This document shows, piece after piece, positions 6,777 through 9,030 of a DNA stretch of 9,030 nucleotides. The notes under the pieces are model-generated. The model was given only the letters and a program-made list of their open reading frames with translations, was not told the DNA's origin and searched no databases. How positions within the stretch are numbered: position 1 is the stretch's first letter; every line of letters begins with the position of its first letter. The DNA is from Breznakia blatticola. Its GTDB lineage: Bacteria > Bacillota_I > Bacilli_A > Erysipelotrichales > Erysipelotrichaceae. The stretch spans positions 1 to 9,030 of the forward strand of contig NZ_SODD01000064.1 in the NCBI RefSeq assembly GCF_004365815.1, written 5' to 3'. The position numbers were made by a program, and so were the translations under genes.

Positions 6777-6942
6777 AGATGAATATATCCAAATGAAATG
6801 CAAAAGCTGTGGATATGAAGAACAAATGCCTACATGGTGTTTTGATGAAGTAGCAGAAATGATGCGATATGATAACAACAATGACACACCACATATACAT
6901 TGTCCAAGATGTGATAAACCAACACTTTATCCAAAGAAATAA
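6757..6942 (+). CDS. Small zinc-ribbon protein (61 aa), unknown function, overlapping the transposase 3' end
   Basis: The sequence is MDQYIAKDEYIQMKCKSCGYEEQ...HIHCPRCDKPTLYPKK, with two CxxC pairs (CKSC and CPRC). GGTGGTG lies 6 nt upstream of the ATG at 6757. The ORF overlaps the transposase by 20 nt. I preferred this start over the ORF-track ATG at 6727, which has no SD. Confidence 0.55.
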   Translation: MDQYIAKDEYIQMKCKSCGYEEQMPTWCFDEVAEMMRYDNNNDTPHIHCPRCDKPTLYPKK

Positions 6943-6964
6943 ATACAACCTAAAATCAAAATAC

Positions 6965-7002
6965 AGGATTAGGTCTTTTCAAGTGCCTAATCCTTTATTT
7001 TG
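6965..7002 (+). terminator. Intrinsic terminator after the transposase/zinc-ribbon unit (or an IS terminal hairpin)
   Basis: The plus strand reads AGGATTAGG-tcttttcaagtg-CCTAATCCT-TTATTTTG. The 9-bp stem is perfect, the loop is 12 nt, and a T-rich tail follows. Confidence 0.6.
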
Positions 7003-7036
7003 ACTTTACTTAGCAACGAAGAGAACTTTCCTTGAG

Positions 7037-7063
7037 AAAAAAAAGCTCACAAATCATGTGAAC
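7037..7063 (-). terminator. Intrinsic terminator of the NlpC/P60 gene
   Basis: The minus strand reads GTTCACA-tgatt-TGTGAGC-TTTTTTTT. The 7-bp stem includes one G-U pair and is followed by a T8 run. It starts 17 nt after the stop at 7080-7082. Confidence 0.7.
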
Positions 7064-7079
7064 TTTTTGTATGCTTCGT

Positions 7080-8573
7080 TTAAATTACAATGTAGAAATT
7101 TGGTCTATAACTTCCTTGACTACCATATGTAACACCTGTTGCAGGCGTTCCGGCATGTACGTAACTTCCATTTCCTAATGAAATTGCTACGTGGTAAGGT
7201 GAACTATCTCCACCCCAGAACAATAATGCTCCTGCTGGTGCGTTTTGAACATCGTAATAATGTTGACCTAGTGCAGCTTGTGCTCCTGTAGTTCTTGCGC
7301 CAATTCCGAATGAATATTGGACAAATCCTGAACAATCAAAACCTGCAGGTGAAGTTCCACCATATACATATGGAGAACCAACAAGTGAGATTGCAGTTGC
7401 AATTCCACCACCTCTAGCAGCATTAGCCGCAGGTGTTGGAGCTTGTGTTACATTTTGCTCGTTAGCTGTCTCTGCACTTTGGTTTGCTTGACGTTCTTCT
7501 TCTAATTCTGCTTCACGTCTTTCTTTGGCAGCTTCTTCATCTTCACTTACAGTTACAACTAATTGTGCTTCTGCTTTGTTTCCATTAGCATCAACTGCTG
7601 TATATGTGAATGTATAATCTCCGTCGATGTATAATCCATCTTCGTTTTCTTCGATTTCTCCACTTACTGTGTAGTTCACTACTTCATCGTAGTTATCAAA
7701 TACACCTGTTACATATGCTTGAGGATCAAAGTCTCCTGTATCAAGTACATCTACATGTGTTTCTGATAAAGCAATCACTGGCGCTTGTGTATCTACATAT
7801 TTTACATTTACTAAGTATGAGTTAACTGCAAATACATCATCAGCGATTACTGGCTTGTCGTTGTTTAGTTCTACTTTATTTACACTGTCACTTGCATAAG
7901 CTTCTTTTGATTGAATCTTAATTGCTACAGTATCTTCTCTTAATTCTTTTGTTGGGATACGATCCAATTTCACTACGTAGTTACCAATTTCATATCCTTG
8001 ACTTCCATCGTTAAGTGTAATTGCTTTTGCATCGTATACGTTACTTTCATTTCTTGAAATGATTTCTTTAGCAACATCAATGATTGCACTATCATCACCA
8101 TAGTTCACTTTGATTGCTTTTTCATTTAATGGAGTAGCAACTTCTACTTTACGAAGAACAGTTGCTGCATCAACTTGTGAGCGTCCTAGTCCAGTAAATG
8201 TAAATGTTACTGCAAATACTAAAGCAGCAGTAGTTGTTGTTAATACAAAGTGTTGAAAGTTAAAGTGTACTTTACCAAAACGGTTTTCAATTGTAGATAA
8301 AGCAACGTTTGCTTTATTTGCAATTGAAGTACACGTAGTTTTCGTTTGTTTGATAACTACTGGATAGATTTCTGTAAATGCTGCATCTGCTTTATGTAAA
8401 GCTTGTTTACATCTAATCAAAGACGCACCAAGTAATTCATTAGCTACAACGCTTGCTTTTACTTTACAAGTAACTGCCCATGAACTAGCTTCACGTAAAC
8501 CGTGTTTAAAATTACATACTAAAGTCGCATTAAGCTTCTTTGTGTTTTCTACTATTTTATTCATTGAACTCAT
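7080..8573 (-). CDS. Membrane-anchored cell-wall hydrolase with C-terminal NlpC/P60 endopeptidase domain (497 aa)
   Basis: The C-terminal ~110 aa (nt ~7083-7415) carry the NlpC/P60 signature: GSPYVYGG, FDCSGF (Cys414), PYHVAISLG (His461) and SYVHA (His473). Residues ~261-342 resemble a bacterial Ig-like (DUF5011/HYR-type) domain (APVI...GDFDP...TYTAVDANGN...VTV). Residues ~343-375 are an acidic, charged linker. The hydrophobic segment at ~108-130 is the only TM candidate. GAGGGG lies 7 nt upstream of the ATG at 8573. Confidence 0.88.
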   Translation of the reverse strand: MSSMNKIVENTKKLNATLVCNFKHGLREASSWAVTCKVKASVVANELLGASLIRCKQALHKADAAFTEIYPVVIKQTKTTCTSIANKANVALSTIENRFGKVHFNFQHFVLTTTTAALVFAVTFTFTGLGRSQVDAATVLRKVEVATPLNEKAIKVNYGDDSAIIDVAKEIISRNESNVYDAKAITLNDGSQGYEIGNYVVKLDRIPTKELREDTVAIKIQSKEAYASDSVNKVELNNDKPVIADDVFAVNSYLVNVKYVDTQAPVIALSETHVDVLDTGDFDPQAYVTGVFDNYDEVVNYTVSGEIEENEDGLYIDGDYTFTYTAVDANGNKAEAQLVVTVSEDEEAAKERREAELEEERQANQSAETANEQNVTQAPTPAANAARGGGIATAISLVGSPYVYGGTSPAGFDCSGFVQYSFGIGARTTGAQAALGQHYYDVQNAPAGALLFWGGDSSPYHVAISLGNGSYVHAGTPATGVTYGSQGSYRPNFYIVI

Positions 8574-8590
8574 ATTTGAACCCCTCAGAA

Positions 8591-8604
8591 TGTTTCATCA
8601 TTTT
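8591..8604. repeat. Copy 1 of an exact 14-nt direct repeat TGTTTCATCATTTT
   Basis: It is identical to 8778-8791. Both copies continue into (C)TAG. On the minus strand it reads CTAGAAAATGATGAAACA and ends 6 nt upstream of the GAGGGG SD of the hydrolase gene. Confidence 0.6.
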
Positions 8605-8610
8605 CTAGTT

Positions 8611-8627
8611 AAAATCACAATGATTTT
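8611..8627. repeat. 17-bp near-palindrome AAAATCA-caa-TGATTTT in the predicted 5' UTR
   Basis: The two 7-nt arms are perfect and are separated by 3 nt. It sits between the predicted -10 box (8636-8641) and the SD, so it could be an operator or a 5'-terminal mRNA hairpin. Confidence 0.45.
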
Positions 8628-8635
8628 ACTCACTG

Positions 8636-8664
8636 ATAATACCATTATGAAAGCCCTTACACAA
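8636..8664 (-). promoter_or_regulatory. Candidate sigma-A promoter for the NlpC/P60 gene (TTGTGT-17-TGgTATTAT)
   Basis: On the minus strand, the -35 TTGTGT is at 8664-8659, the spacer is 17 nt and ends in TGg (extended -10), and the -10 TATTAT is at 8641-8636. The predicted leader is about 55 nt. Other promoters in the 457-nt intergenic region cannot be excluded. Confidence 0.4.
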
Positions 8665-8777
8665 CGATATCCCAAACTTTCACACAGTTGAAATTAAACT
8701 ATTTTAGGTATCAAAATGTTCATTTTTCAACCACTGTATGATGGTTTTCATACATTAAAAGTATCGATGTTTTGTAT

Positions 8778-8791
8778 TGTTTCATCATTTT
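8778..8791. repeat. Copy 2 of an exact 14-nt direct repeat TGTTTCATCATTTT
   Basis: It is identical to 8591-8604 and lies 187 nt further from the hydrolase start. Confidence 0.6.
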
Positions 8792-9020
8792 TAGAAGGTA
8801 AACAATCTCATTTACATACTTTAAAATTCATTATTTTTTGTAGAAAAAAAGTGACTCATTTTTCAACGAATCACTTCCATAAACAATTTTTTTAGTTAAT
8901 TAGTCGTTTTTGCTTCCACCTAGAATTCTTAAAATAAGGCTTAATTCAACCGATGCGCACCTAACTTAGATTGTTACATGTATGATGATACATTGAAATG
9001 TAAGATTACCATATAAAAAT

Positions 9021-9028
9021 AAGGAAGG
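9021..9028 (+). promoter_or_regulatory. Shine-Dalgarno-like AAGGAAGG for a plus-strand gene starting just right of the window
   Basis: The window ends with ...ATAAAAATAAGGAAGGTA. A strong SD sits 2 nt from the edge, and the start codon is outside the window. This implies that 8574-9030 is a divergent intergenic region. Confidence 0.35.
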
Positions 9029-9030
9029 TA

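Larger units (their letters stand above)
5416..7002 (+). mobile_element. IS91-family (rolling-circle, HUH/Y2) insertion sequence; ends not resolved
   Basis: It contains an intact transposase plus a coupled small ORF, and it is the only plus-strand unit, sitting between two minus-strand envelope genes. The bounds are approximate, set by the flanking hairpins. IS91-type elements lack terminal inverted repeats and target duplications, so the ends cannot be read from one copy. Confidence 0.45.

Noticed and set aside
6715-6948. Minus-strand 77-aa ORF, and the longer 6727 start for the plus-strand small ORF.
   Set aside because: The minus-strand ORF is antisense to the transposase end and the zinc-ribbon ORF, and its translation looks hydrophobic and random. 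The ATG at 6727 has no SD, whereas 6757 has GGTGGTG at the correct spacing.
7610-7825. Plus-strand 71-aa ORF inside the NlpC/P60 gene.
   Set aside because: It is antisense to the Ig-like domain coding region. It is Leu/His-rich with no SD.
8557-8601. Possible 14-codon upstream ORF (MMKHSEGFKYEFNE) that starts in 14-mer copy 1 and overlaps the hydrolase start. A 22-codon counterpart starts in copy 2.
   Set aside because: Neither has a Shine-Dalgarno sequence. The peptides share only the first three residues, which are encoded by the repeat itself. A DNA or RNA-level role for the repeat is more economical.
8799-8816. WalR-like direct repeat (minus strand TGTAAA-tgagat-TGTTTA) upstream of the cell-wall hydrolase gene.
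   Set aside because: The WalR consensus is TGTWAH-N5-TGTWAH. Here the spacer is 6 nt and the second hexamer deviates (TGTTTA). The site lies about 135 nt upstream of the predicted -35. This is too weak to call without comparative data.
1-9030. CRISPR arrays, tRNA/rRNA genes, and defence, toxin-antitoxin or phage modules.
   Set aside because: There are no regularly spaced direct repeats and no cloverleaf-like or rRNA-like segments. Apart from the 61-aa zinc-ribbon ORF, whose function is unknown, every sizeable ORF is accounted for by envelope, transport or IS functions, and none has nuclease, ATPase-defence or toxin hallmarks.

Overview
This is a visibly AT-rich segment that looks like low-GC Bacillota chromosome, and most of it encodes cell-envelope functions. 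All genes are on the minus strand except one mobile unit. From right to left on the minus strand:

- **NlpC/P60 hydrolase (7080-8573):** a 497-aa membrane-anchored peptidoglycan hydrolase, preceded by a 457-nt noncoding region.
- **IS91-family element (plus strand):** an apparently intact rolling-circle (HUH/Y2) transposase at 5523-6776. A 61-aa zinc-ribbon ORF (6757-6942) overlaps its 3' end.
- **First amidase reached (4613-5320):** a CwlD-like Amidase_3 enzyme.
- **Structured RNA segment (4420-4550):** about 130 nt, ending in an intrinsic terminator.
- **ABC importer:** ATPase 3559-4311, fused double permease 1923-3566, and lipoprotein binding protein 950-1939.
- **Second amidase paralog (163-876).**

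Nearly every unit has its own rho-independent terminator. I found no tRNA, rRNA or CRISPR array, and no recognisable defence, toxin-antitoxin or secretion system.

Four things are not explained by ordinary annotation:
1. Both amidase paralogs have a conserved extended -10 box exactly 6 nt upstream of the ATG and no Shine-Dalgarno, which suggests leaderless mRNAs.
2. The structured RNA upstream of the ABC operon matches no riboswitch class I can recognise.
3. The zinc-ribbon ORF appears translationally coupled to the IS91 transposase.
4. The hydrolase upstream region contains a duplicated 14-mer and small palindromes.

None of these is strong evidence for a new biological system. All are hypotheses read by eye, without database searches or folding software.
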